Below are positions 49,101-61,100 of a stretch of 64,000 nt of DNA, one piece after another. Position numbers and translations under genes: made by a program. The DNA is from Macrostomum lignano (taxonomy: Eukaryota). The stretch covers positions 251,424 through 315,423 of the forward strand of contig NIVC01000928.1 of NCBI GenBank assembly GCA_002269645.1, read 5' to 3'. Positions within the stretch are counted from its first letter, which is position 1. The number at the start of each line of letters is the position of its first letter. The notes beneath the pieces were generated by a model that saw nothing but the letters and a program-made list of their open reading frames with translations, ran no database searches and had not been told where the DNA came from.

Positions 49101-52100
49101 CCTCAGCACTCGGAACACTTCTGGCTGGAGAAGCTTCAGCACTCGGTACATCTTTTGAAGGCGAGGCTTCAGCACTCGGTACATCTCTTGAAGGCGATGC
49201 TTCAGCTGTAAAAGTAGATGCAGCTGATAAAAACTCTCCACTGGAAGCCGATTTGCTTCGTGCTGTTGAGGCTTCAAAACTAGTAGCATCCTTGATTTGC
49301 GAATATCTAGCGGTTGTCACTTCATCACTGGGGCCGCTCGTCGCTGGTGACGCTTCAGCATATGGGCCTTCCACTGTAGGCTCACTCGCAGCTGCTGAAA
49401 ACTCAACACTTGCAACGCTTTTAGCTGGTGAAGATTCGACACTGCGTATGTCTCCAGCAGATGGCGCTTCGGTGCGTGGATTATCACCAGTTGTCGAGGC
49501 TTCAGCTGTTGGAACTGACCTCTTCAGCGACAGTTCAATGCTTGAAGACGCTTCACCAATATCGCCTGTGGCGCTGGGCAGACTTCTGACTGGAGACCCT
49601 TCAACACTTTTGGCTGGAGAGGTGTCAACACTATGGACGGGTGACGTCTCAAAACTGGGTACAGGTCGACTACTGAACTCTTCGGTCACAACCTCATCAG
49701 CAGGTCTCACCTCAGCACTGCTTGAACTGTCGGCTGGCGCTTGCTGCTCACCGATACTGCCTTGTGCAAGCAAGCGCTTTGCTGCCGCTCTTCTTGCCAG
49801 AAGTTCGTCAGCGCTAGGAAAAGTGGACATGGAATGCAAAGAGGCATCCTTTGACGGTGACGATTCAGCACTTTGAACTGGAGATGCTTCGGCACTCTGA
49901 ACTGGAAGAGCTTCAGCTTTCTTTGACGGTGACGATTCAGCACTTTGAACTGGAGATGCTTCGGCGCTCTGAACTGGAGATGCTTCGGCACTATGAGCTG
50001 GAAGAGCTTCAGCTTTCTTTGACGGTGACGATTCAGCACTCTGAGCTGGAGATGCCTCAGGACGTTGTAATGAAAAAGCATCTGTATCCTGCATTTTCCC
50101 GAAAGTCTCCGCGCTTTTTAGCTGAGAATCTTTGGCCAAGAAATTAGAAGTTGAACTTTCAATGCTTTCAGTAAAAACAGTTGTAGTTGTCTGAATTCTT
50201 GTTTTGGTTTGCTGCATAGTGTTCTTTTCAGCACTCGGAGCACTTCTGGCTGGAGACGCTTCTGCTTCGGCACTTGGGACACTTCTGGCTGGAGACGCTT
50301 CAGTGCTCTGTCCCTCTTCAAATACTACTGCTTCAGCACTCGGAACACTTCTGGCTGGAGACGCTTCAGTGCTCTGTCCCTCTTCAATGACTACTGCTTC
50401 AGCACTCGGAACACTTCTGGCTGGAGACGCTTCAGTGCTCTGTCCCTCTTCAATGACTACTGCTTCAGCACTCGGAACACTTCTGGCTGGAGACGCTTCA
50501 GTGCTCTGTCCCTCTTCAATGACTACTGCTTCAGCACTCGGAACACTTCTGGCTGGAGACGCTTCAGCACTCGGAACACTTCTGGCTGGAGACGCTTCAG
50601 CACTCGGAACACTTCTGGCTGGAGACGCTTCAGTGCTCTGTCCCTCTTCAATGACCACTGCTTCAGCACTCGGAACACTTCTGGCTGGAGGCGCTTCAAC
50701 ACTCGGAACACTTCTGGCTGGAGATGCTTCAGCACTCGGAACACTTCTGGCTGGAGACGCTTCAGTGCTCTGTCCCTCTTCAATGACCACTGCTTCAGCA
50801 CTCGGGACACTTCTGGCTGGAGACGCTTCAGCACTCGGAACACTTCTGGCTGGAGATGCTTCAGCACTCGGAACACTTCTGGCTGGAGACGCTTCAGCAC
50901 TCGGAACACTTCTGGCTGGAGACGCTTCAGTGCTCTGTCCCTCTTCAATGACCACTGCTTCAGCACTCGGAACACTTCTGGCTGGAGGCGCTTCAACACT
51001 CGGAACACTTCTGGCTGGAGATGCTTCAGTGCTCTGTCCCTCTTCAATGACCACTGCTTCAGCACTCGGAACACTTCTGGCTGGAGGCGCTTCAACACTC
51101 GGAACACTTCTGGCTCGAGACGCTTCAGCACTCGGAACACTTCTGGCTGGAGACGCTTCAGCACTCGGAACACTTCTGGCTGGAGATGCTTCAGTGCTCT
51201 GTCCCTCTTCAATGACCACTGCTTCAGCACTCGGAACACTTCTGGCTGGAGGCGCTTCAGCACTCGGAACACTTCTGGCTGGAGACGCCTCAGCACTCGG
51301 AACACTTCTGGCTGGAGACGCGCTGGGAGCACTTGGGCCGGCCTCCGAGCTCAGGGCCTGGGGCCTTTGCTTGGCAGTAGCAGCAGTCTCAGAAACTTCA
51401 TAGGGCAACTCTTCAAGACTGGGCAGTCGTTTCTTAGAGCGAGGCGAGCCGTCGCTTTCTTGGGAAGCAGCAGAGTGCGGTCTAGCTGGGTGAACTCGGA
51501 CAGTCTGCGCCTCCTCAACCAGCACTGTCGGTTTCACCGAGCGAGTCGGCGATCCAGACGACGGTTGCGGCGGTCGAAGGTCGGCGGCATCAAACCGAGA
51601 GGACGCAACCACCGGAGACGTTCTCTGACGCACTGAAATTGCTGATGGCGTCGTCCTCGGACTCGACGGCGAGAACTGGCGCGGCGTCTTACGAGGACTC
51701 TTGGGACTCTCGCGACGCCGTTCCAGAGTGAGCCGGACCTCGATGTTGGGCGGCTCGTCCAAACTGTCATCGCCAGCACCGAGGCCGAGCTGCGGCGTTT
51801 CAATCGTCAGCTGGGGCTTCCGCCTGATGGCGGCGATCTCATCCTGCTGCGGCTCCTCTGGGGCGTTCGCGATGGCCGCTGCTGACTCCACCTCGGTCTC
51901 CAGGTCGGCCAGCTGGGACTCCAATCGGCCAAGTCGATCTCGCAGTTCGGCGGGCACCGAGCCGCCGCTGCCCCGGCCGGCCGGATAGCGAACGCTGACC
52001 TCCTCCACGATCTCCGTGACGCGACGGCGTTGAACCAGAACCTCCTGGCGGGCCAGCGCGCATCGAGCGGCTAGCGCCTCGGTTGGCGCGGCGTCAACGC

Positions 52101-55100
52101 CCGAAGCGGCCGCGCGCGCCTGGCCGAGGCCGAAGCGCTCATCCGGAGCCCGGCGCCGAGGCTGTCCAACCGGGCTGTCAGGTCCTGACGGTACTCCAGC
52201 TCCGAGTCGACGGCAGCCTCCGATTGATTGAGCCGATCCTGGGCTCTTGATGATGATGGAAGAATGAAATGGAATATGTATTGCGGCAATAACAAAATTT
52301 TCTATGACGTGACTAACCGTGGCTAACTTGGCTTAACTTTCAGCGCCTGAAACAAATGTGAAACCCCAGTCTAGTAGCGATTATTAATGACGAATAAATT
52401 CTTACTCGGAAAATCGCTGCTCAACATCTGTAGCGCTGCGGTCAGCCTCCAGCATCGCGGCCGCGTCCGAACTCGACTGGACAAACTGCCGGCTCTGGTC
52501 GCGAAATTCGGACAGCCGGTGCTCGGCGGCTCGGAGCTGCTTCTTGGAATTCTAAGAATGCCGAAAGAGCGATAGGGGTGTTGAACTTGAGACCATATTA
52601 CTGCTTGTTAATTAGTGCAAATGCACGTAAATACTTTGAAGTTTGAAACTGCATAGCAACTGAGATCCTGGGAGGCTGACCCAGCAACTGAGGATCTTCT
52701 GGGAGGTTGGCCCAGCAACTGAGGATCTGGGAGGCTGGCCCAGCAACTGAGGATCTGGGAGGCTGGCCCTGCAACTGAGGATCTGGGAGGCTGGCCCAGC
52801 AACTGAGGATCTGGGAGGCTGGCCCAGCAACTGAGGATCTGGAAGGCTGGCCCAGCAACTGAGGATCTTCTGGGAGGTTGGCCCAGGAACTGAGGATCTT
52901 GGAGGGTGGCGGTGGCCCAGTAACTGAGGAACTGGGAGGTTGTCATGTGGTCAAGTGATCATAACACTGAAAAATGCAAGCAAGTGCGCAGCGAAGTGCA
53001 TGAGTGCATTGAAAGTACATTACAGGTGTAAGTGCATTCTACACAACACCCCAATGAAACGGCAACTCTGCATAAGGGTGGCAAGGTAAGCAAAGGTGGA
53101 ACTTCCTGCCTAAAAGCAAAGGAACACTCTCTTTCCCTCACAGCATGGATCGTGCAAAGCTACCAGCAAAATAGCAAAGCATAAGTGCAATGAATCAAAA
53201 GTCGTTAGTTACTAAGGCTAAGATAAAAATTTGAAAATTTATACAAGACCAAAACTTACCTCGATACTTATTTCTTCGCTAATAGCATAGGTTGACTAGA
53301 AAAGGTTAGCAAAACAAAGCAAGTTAGGTGTTTGTTATATAGCTACAAAACTCATTTTAGCGTGTTTAAAACTACTTATTAGATGACGAGGCTAAACATG
53401 TTCTAGTTTTACTCGCCGTTTATCCAAACTGTTAATTGTAACGTTAAACTAATTAGAGTTAATTTAAACAAAAGTCAAACAAACGGACCTGAACTCTCCT
53501 GGCCCGCTCCTGAAGCTCCTGGCTGGACAGGCGCCCCAGGTCAGCCCCAGAGTCGCCGCCGGCCCCCGTAGCCGCCGAAGTCGCGGCTTCGATGGTTTCG
53601 TCCAGCGAATGTCGCCGATTGCGCAGGTCGCCGAGGCCGCCAGCCTCGCGGTGAAGCTGAGCGCGCTGGCGAACAACGGCCGACTGCAGATCGGCGAACC
53701 GGCTGAGCAGCTCCTCGGCCTGCTCGGAGACCCGCCGGCGGCTGGACAGGCCGCAGTGCCGCTGCAGCGAGTCGCCGGCCACCCGCAGATTATCCAGGCT
53801 GGCCTTCAGCGACTCGGTCTCGCGCAGCAGCGACTCAACGGAGTCGTCGTACGAGGCTGAGACCGAAGCGGAAGCGGAGGCTGTATCGCGCCATCTGCGC
53901 TCCGTCACCTCGAGGGTCTCCGTGACGCTGCGAACCACTCGCTGAAATTGTTGGGAGAAACAGAAGGAGATGAGAAGTGAATGGGGCTTCTCGGATGAAG
54001 CTTTGCGGCTGACGGAGATGGGAGGCTGGCCCAGCAGGCCAGCAACTGAGGATCTGGGAGGCTGGCCTAGCAACTGGGGATCTGAGAGGTTGGCCCAGCA
54101 ACTGGGGATCTGAGAGGCTGGCCCAGCAACTGAGGATCTGGGAGGCTGGTGGCTCAGCAACTGGGGATCTGGGAGGCTGGCCCAGCAACTGGGGATCTGG
54201 GAGGCTGGCCCAGCAACTGGGGATCTGGGAGGCTGGCCCAGCAACTGGGGATCTGGGAGGCTGGCCCAGCAACTGGGGATCTGGGAGGCTGGCCCAGCAA
54301 CTGAGGATCTGGGAGGCTGGCCCAGCAACTGGGGATCTGGGAGGCTGGCCCAGCAACTGGGGATCTAGGAGGCTGGCTCAGCAACTGGGGATCTGGGAGG
54401 CTGGCCCAGCAACTGGGGATCTGGGAGGCTGGCCCAGCAACTGGGGATCTGGGAGGCTGGCCCAGCAACTGGGGATCTGGGAGGTTGGCCCAGAAACTGG
54501 GGATCTGAGAGGTTCGCCCAGCAACTGGGGATCTGAGAAGTTGGCCCAGAAACTGGGGATCTGGGAGGTTCGCCGAGCAACTGGGGATCTGGGAGGCTGG
54601 CCCAGCAACTGAGGATCTGGGAGGCTGGTGGCTCAGCAACTGGGGATCTGGGAGGCTGGCTCAGCAACTTAGGATCTGGGAGGCTGGCTCAGCAACTTAG
54701 GATCTGGGAGGCTGGCCCAGCAACTGGGGATCTGGGAGGCTGGCTCAGCAACTGGGGATCTGGGAGGCTGGCCCAGCAACTGGGGATCTGGGAGGCTGGC
54801 CCAGCAACTGGGGATCTGGGAGGCTGGCCCAGCAATTGGGATCTGGGAGGCTGGCCCAGCAACTGGGGATCTGATAGGTTCGCCCAGCAACTGGGGATCT
54901 GAGAAGTTGGCCCAGAAACTGGGGATCTGGGAGGTTCGCCGAGCAACTGGGGATCTGGGAGGCTGGCCCAGCAACTGAGAATCTGGGAGGCTGGCTCAGC
55001 AACTGGGGATCTGGGAGGCTGGCTCAGCAACTTAGGATCTGGGAGGCTGGCTCAGCAACTTAGGATCTGGGAGGCTGGCTCAGCAACTGGGGATCTGGGA

Positions 55101-58100
55101 GGCTGGCCAAGCAACTGGGGATCTGGGAGGCTGGCTCAGCAACTGAGGATCTGGGAGGCTGGCCCAGCAACTGAAACTCTGGGAGGCTGGTGGCTCATCA
55201 ACTGGGGATCTGGGAGGCTGGCCCAGCAACTGAAACTCTGGGAGGCTGGCCCAGCAACTGAAACTCTGGGAGGCTGGTGGCTCATCAACTGGGGATCTGG
55301 GAGGCTGGCCCAGCAACTGAAACTCTGGGAGGCTGGTGGCTCATCAACTGGGGATCTGGGAGGCTGGCCTATCTGCAGAGTGAGCAGGGAGCAAACAAGG
55401 AGGCTACCGGAGAGTCTGTCTGCACTTTCACTGCATTCAAAGGCATTCAAATTGGAACGAAAAATGTGTGAAAGCTGAGTGGCACCGCCAACCCCCCCCC
55501 CCTTCCTTAAGAGCCGCTCCAGCAGAGCGACTGCGAGAGATATTGACAGAAAGACGCAAATGACAAAGGAAACTCCAGGCAGCCAGGTGTAACTATAAAA
55601 TATCCTTATCGACTTGAAGTTGTTAACCATGGCAACGGCACGCAATAGATCTTGTAATAAAGGAACTCACGGGGAGTTGCTACACTAAATTGCTTTACCT
55701 GGCAAACGATCCTTCTTCTTTTACACGGGCCTCGTTGCTGCTGCTGTTGCTCTTTCTGCTGCTGTTTGCGCTGCTGCTGATCATAGCTGGGTCCCAGCTG
55801 CGCCGCATGGCAACTAATCAGCTAACTAATTCGAACACCTGGCCTATCTAATTATCTACCTGGGAGAGTTATCTCCAGAATTGACAATGTAGCAATTTCT
55901 TCTGCCGGTGGCGCGGCTGCCGCAGCATCAGCAGCAGCAGCGGCAGGTGTTGCAGAATCTGCATTACCAAAGCCGCCGCATCAGCTCGGGACTCAATCGA
56001 GGCATTGGCAGACAGCCAGCAGGCTGAGAACAACAACAAGAAACACTTCTTTCCGAAAACTGTTGTTCTACTCTATCCTGCACTGGTTCTTCTGCTTTTG
56101 CTTCTCACGCAACTTGTGGCAGAGAAAAAATAATAAAACTCTTTTTCCTAAGTCTGCTTCTTTTAGTCTCTACATGTTAATAGTCTGCTGCTCTTGCAGA
56201 TTTTCTTCTTTGTATACTCCACAGCAGCAGGCGGGGAGGGGTTGCGCGCGCTGAGCCTGAGCGGTCTGGGAGGTTGGGGCGGCTGCTCCGATCTCTCCTC
56301 TCTGTGCCTACCCGCGCCTCTCGCCTCGCCCAGAGCAAACACAGAGCCCTCAGCCCCACAACCAGCTGCATTGCAGTGCAGTGCAGAGGCCCTCGCCAAT
56401 CTCTCTCTCCCTCTCCCTATCCCCTCCTGTCCGCTTCCCTCCCAGGGCTTGTCCTGCAGTTCCTCCCTGCCGCCCCCCCTCACCGTTACGGCGTACTTGG
56501 CAAGCTGGGAGATTTCTGTGGGCTGAAGGGGAACTGAGGATACAGGGCGAAGCCAGGCGAGTCGTGGCGCATGCGTGGGAGTGCGCGATGGGGATTCTGG
56601 ATCCCCTACAGACCCCAACTCTCTTCCCTCCCTCCCTCTTTCTCTCCCCCCTTTCTTAGATGACGCTGACTGGCCGTCAGTGAGTCACGCGGAGGTAAGG
56701 AAGTCGAAAAGCAGAATTAAATCTGGGCCCAGCAAAAAAACAGCTGGCAAAATCGAGATTTCTAGTCACAGATGTTGCGTAATAAAAAGCGCATGTGCTA
56801 TTTAACTGACTCGGACTGCCGCTGTCTTCTTCTGTCGATTAGCCACGACAGAAGGATTTAAAACTTTCTGCTTTAAAAAAGTTGGTATTTCTATCATCAT
56901 CATTCTTACTAAATTAGGCGTAAAAAAGATGTCCCACCCTAATCTGGATACTTTTAGTGGTAGATAAAGGGCAGGATTTTTTTTACAGTTGCACGACAAT
57001 CCCCACTGGCGCAAAACAGCTCTGGACTTACGCTGAATTTCTCCTGCTCCTCAGTGACCAGCCGCTGCTCCTCAATCAGCCTCCGCCCAGTCGACATCAG
57101 CTCGTTGGCTCTCAGTTTCGCATCCTCAATCTGTCGTTGCATTTCAGCCAGACCCTCCGGCCCCAGACCGTCCTTGATGTTCTCGGCCAGAGCGGCCATG
57201 GTGTCCAGTCGGCTTCTGGCGACAGTCGCAGCCTCCGGGCCGAATATTCTACTCAGCCGAGTTGCCAGGCTGTCCAGCTCCATCAGGTCGAATCCTTCGG
57301 TGTCCAGCCTCCTGGCTAGCGGCTTCGCCTCGCCTATCCAGGACTCCAGCTCTGCTTTGGCGGACTCCAGCTGGTGCCGGTGCTGCAGCTCATCGCCGAG
57401 CACCTCCAGCCGGTCGGCAGCCGCCGCGGCGAGGTCGGCGCGGGCTTCGCGAACTGCTGCGCTGGATGGCGACGCCGTTGAGACGTCCTCGGCCGACGCT
57501 TTCTGCTCCTGCGGTGCGGGAGGGGCGGCGGCGGCATCAGCTGGTGACTCAGCGGACTCCTGCTGCTGTGACAGCAGCTGCTGGATGATGTAGGGAACCA
57601 GCAGCATGGGATAACTGAGGGCCTCAGACTCAGACAGCAGATATGAGACAGGGCCCAGCCCGCAACCCCAGCACACAAAAGCAATGAAAGAGCTTTTATC
57701 ATAGCGATTCCTCTGAAGTCCCCCCGTGTAGACCTCCAGCTGTCTCCTCCCCTCTCCCTCATCTCCCTCTCCCTCGCCATCAAAAGCAGCCAAGCAATAA
57801 CTCTGGTATACAGCCTCAGGTGCACAGCGCAGGTGCTTCTAAGCGTACTTTTGTCCTCGCCCGCTGCCTTCTCTCCATCTCTCCCCGCTTCCTTTCCCTT
57901 AGATTATTCATCCCACCCCACTGTTTCTCCCATTCTTTTACCTCCCAGGCTCCACAGACCGGGAGCTCAGGGACTGCAGGTGCAGCGGCAACCAATCAGA
58001 GCCATGCAGTCTGGCTGCACCCTGGGTTGCCGGCAGGGGACTTTTGCTTCGGCAACAAAAGGAAATGAGTTACACTGAAGAGAACTGGAGAGGTTGGGTG

Positions 58101-61100
58101 GCCGTTAAAAATGAACAGCGGGCTTTGCTTGAAGGCTTCTCTCAGATGCTTGTTGCACAGGATGGAGACTAATTAATTAATTATCAATGTGGCTGAGCTA
58201 GCAAGAAACAGAAACTTGGCGTTTTCGTGTTTGTAGAGAGAGAAATTTCTGTGCTAACTAGGCTATGGGTTTGACAGTATGCCATACTGTTTACCCCAAC
58301 TGTCTACTCTACTATCTACCCTGCATATTCCACTAAACTATCCCATATACCCCAATATCTACCGGTTGTCCTTTCTACACGGTCAGCTATTGTCTACCAT
58401 TCGGGCTACTACCTACTCAAATCCACTCTACTATCTACCTTATCTACTATTTCCTCTTTCCATTCTACTATCTACTTCATTTACCCTATCTACTCTATCT
58501 ACTCTACTATCTACTTTATCTACTCTACTATATACCTTATCTACTATACTATCTACCTTATCTAGTCTACTATCTACTCTATCTACTCTACTATCTACTC
58601 TATCTACTCTACTATATACCTTATCTACTATACTATCTACCTTATCTAGTCTACTATCTACTCTATCTACTCTACTATCTACTCCATCTACTCTACTATC
58701 TACTCCATCTACTCTACTATATACCTCATCTACTATACTATCTACCTTATCTAGTCTACTATCTACTCTATCTACTCTACTATCTACTCTATCTACTCTA
58801 CTATATACCTTATCTACTATACTATCTACCTTATCTAGTCTACTATCTACTCTATCTACTCTACTATCTACTCTATCTACTCTACTATATACCTTATCTA
58901 CTATACTATCTACCTTATCTAGTCTACTATCTACTCTATCTACTCTACTATCTACTCCATCTACTCTACTATCTACTCCATCTACTCTACTATATACCTC
59001 ATCTACTATACTATCTACCTTATCTAGTCTACTATCTACTCTATCTACTCTACTATCTACTCTATCTACTCTACTATATACCTTATCTACTATACTATCT
59101 ACCTTATCTAGTCTACTATCTACTATATATACTCTACTATCTACCTTTTCCTTTCAACTATCTACTCAACTTGGCTTATCTACTCCATTATCTACCCTTT
59201 GTACTCTACTATCGACTCTATTTACTTTACTTTCTATCCTATCTACTCTACTGTCTACTCTAATATCTACCCTATCTACTCTACTATCTACCCTGCCTAC
59301 TCAACCCGCCTCACCTTAGTCCACTGCACAATCCGCAGCAGCGCCTCCGACCTGAGCGGCAGGCCGCCTCGCTGCCGCATTTTCTCGGCCAGCCCGGCCA
59401 GCCGGTCCAACGCCCAGTCCGTCCGGTCTGCGTCGTCGTCGGCGACGGCATCCGCCACGCCGTTGGCGCTCGCGCCGACCTCCTGCCAGGCGGCGTCGAG
59501 TCGCTGCTGCAAAGATTCGACGTCCTCGCGCAGCCGATGGACCCCGGCGTGGACGGCCTCGCGGTCGCGGCCGACGCCCTCGCTGCCGATGAGCTGGGCG
59601 ACTCGCATCAGCTGCTCGACGCTGGCCCGGTCCTCGCCGAGGTGCTGGCGCTGGAGCTGAGTTGGGTGTCGCGCGGAGAGGCGGGGGATTTAATTATAGC
59701 GAAAAATGCCCTACTTGCTACTGACAGGTTTCGTTAGTAGGGAAAGAGAGTTAAAATTTCACTCATCTGCTTTGGAATCTTGTTAATCAGCTCAGCTACC
59801 AGCCCTCTGGTTCACTTAGGCACACTTGTATAAAATCTATTCAAACACTGAAGAGCCTATTTAGACATCCCCGAATCCACTCAGACACTCCATCATCCAC
59901 ACAGATATCTCTCAAAACCTACAAAGACACCTTAAAATCAGCTTAGATACCCCAGATCCAATTCAGACACCCAAAAAGCCACTAAGACACCCTGAACCCA
60001 CTCAGACACCCCAGAACCCCTTCAGACAACCCTGAACCCACTCAGACACCCCAAAACCCCTTCAGACAACCCTGAACCCACTCAGACACCCAGAACCCCT
60101 TCAGACAACCCTGAACCCACTCAGACACCCCAAAACCCTTCAGACAATCCTGAACCCACTCAGACACCCCAGAACCCACTCAGACACCCCAAAACCCACT
60201 CCGACACCCAGAACCCACTCCGACACCCAGAACCCACTCCGACACCCAGAACCCACTCCGACACCAGAACCCACTCCGACACCCAGAACCCACTCCGACA
60301 CCAGAACCCACTCCGACACCCAGAACCCACTCCGACACCCCAAAATACACTCAGACACCCAAGACCACACTCAGACACCGCAGAATCCACTCAGACACCC
60401 CAGAACCCACTCAGACACCCCAGAACCCAATTAGACACCCCAGAACCCACTTAGACACCCCAGAACCCACTCAAACACCCCAAAATACACTCAGACACCC
60501 AAGACCACACTCAGACACCCCAGAATCCACTCAGACACCCCAGAATCATTTCGGACACACCCAAAACCACTCAAACACCCCAAAAGCCACTAAGACACCC
60601 CAGAACCCACTCAGACACCCCAGAACCCACTCAGACACCCTAAAAGCCACTCAGACACCCAGAATCCACTCAAACACCCAGAACCCATTCAGACACCCAG
60701 AACCACTCAGACACCCCAGAATCATTTCGGACACACCCAAACCCACTCAAACACCCCAAAAGCCACTAAGACACCCCAGAACCCACTCCGATACCCAGAA
60801 CCCACTCCGACACCCAAAACCCACTCCGACACCCCAAAAGCCACTCAGACACCCAGAACCCACTCAGACACCCAAAAGCCACTCAGACACCCCAGAATCC
60901 ACTCAAACACCTCAGAATTCATTCAGACACCCCACACCACCTGGCAGCTGGCCAGCCCCTGCCGCTCAGTGGCGGCCAGCCCATCAGCCGTCATGCCCAG
61001 CAGCCGCTGCAAATCGACCTCAGCTTCATCCACTGACTCGCCCAGTCGCTGCAGTTCGGCCTCGAAGTCGCGTCTGATTCTCAGGCCCTGCTCCAGCCAG

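Noticed and set aside
46115-49876. 1253-aa and 854-aa plus-strand ORFs (also 50204-51636)
   Set aside because: Antisense shadows of the stop-free 33-bp coding array; only the minus frame connects to splice sites and flanking exons.
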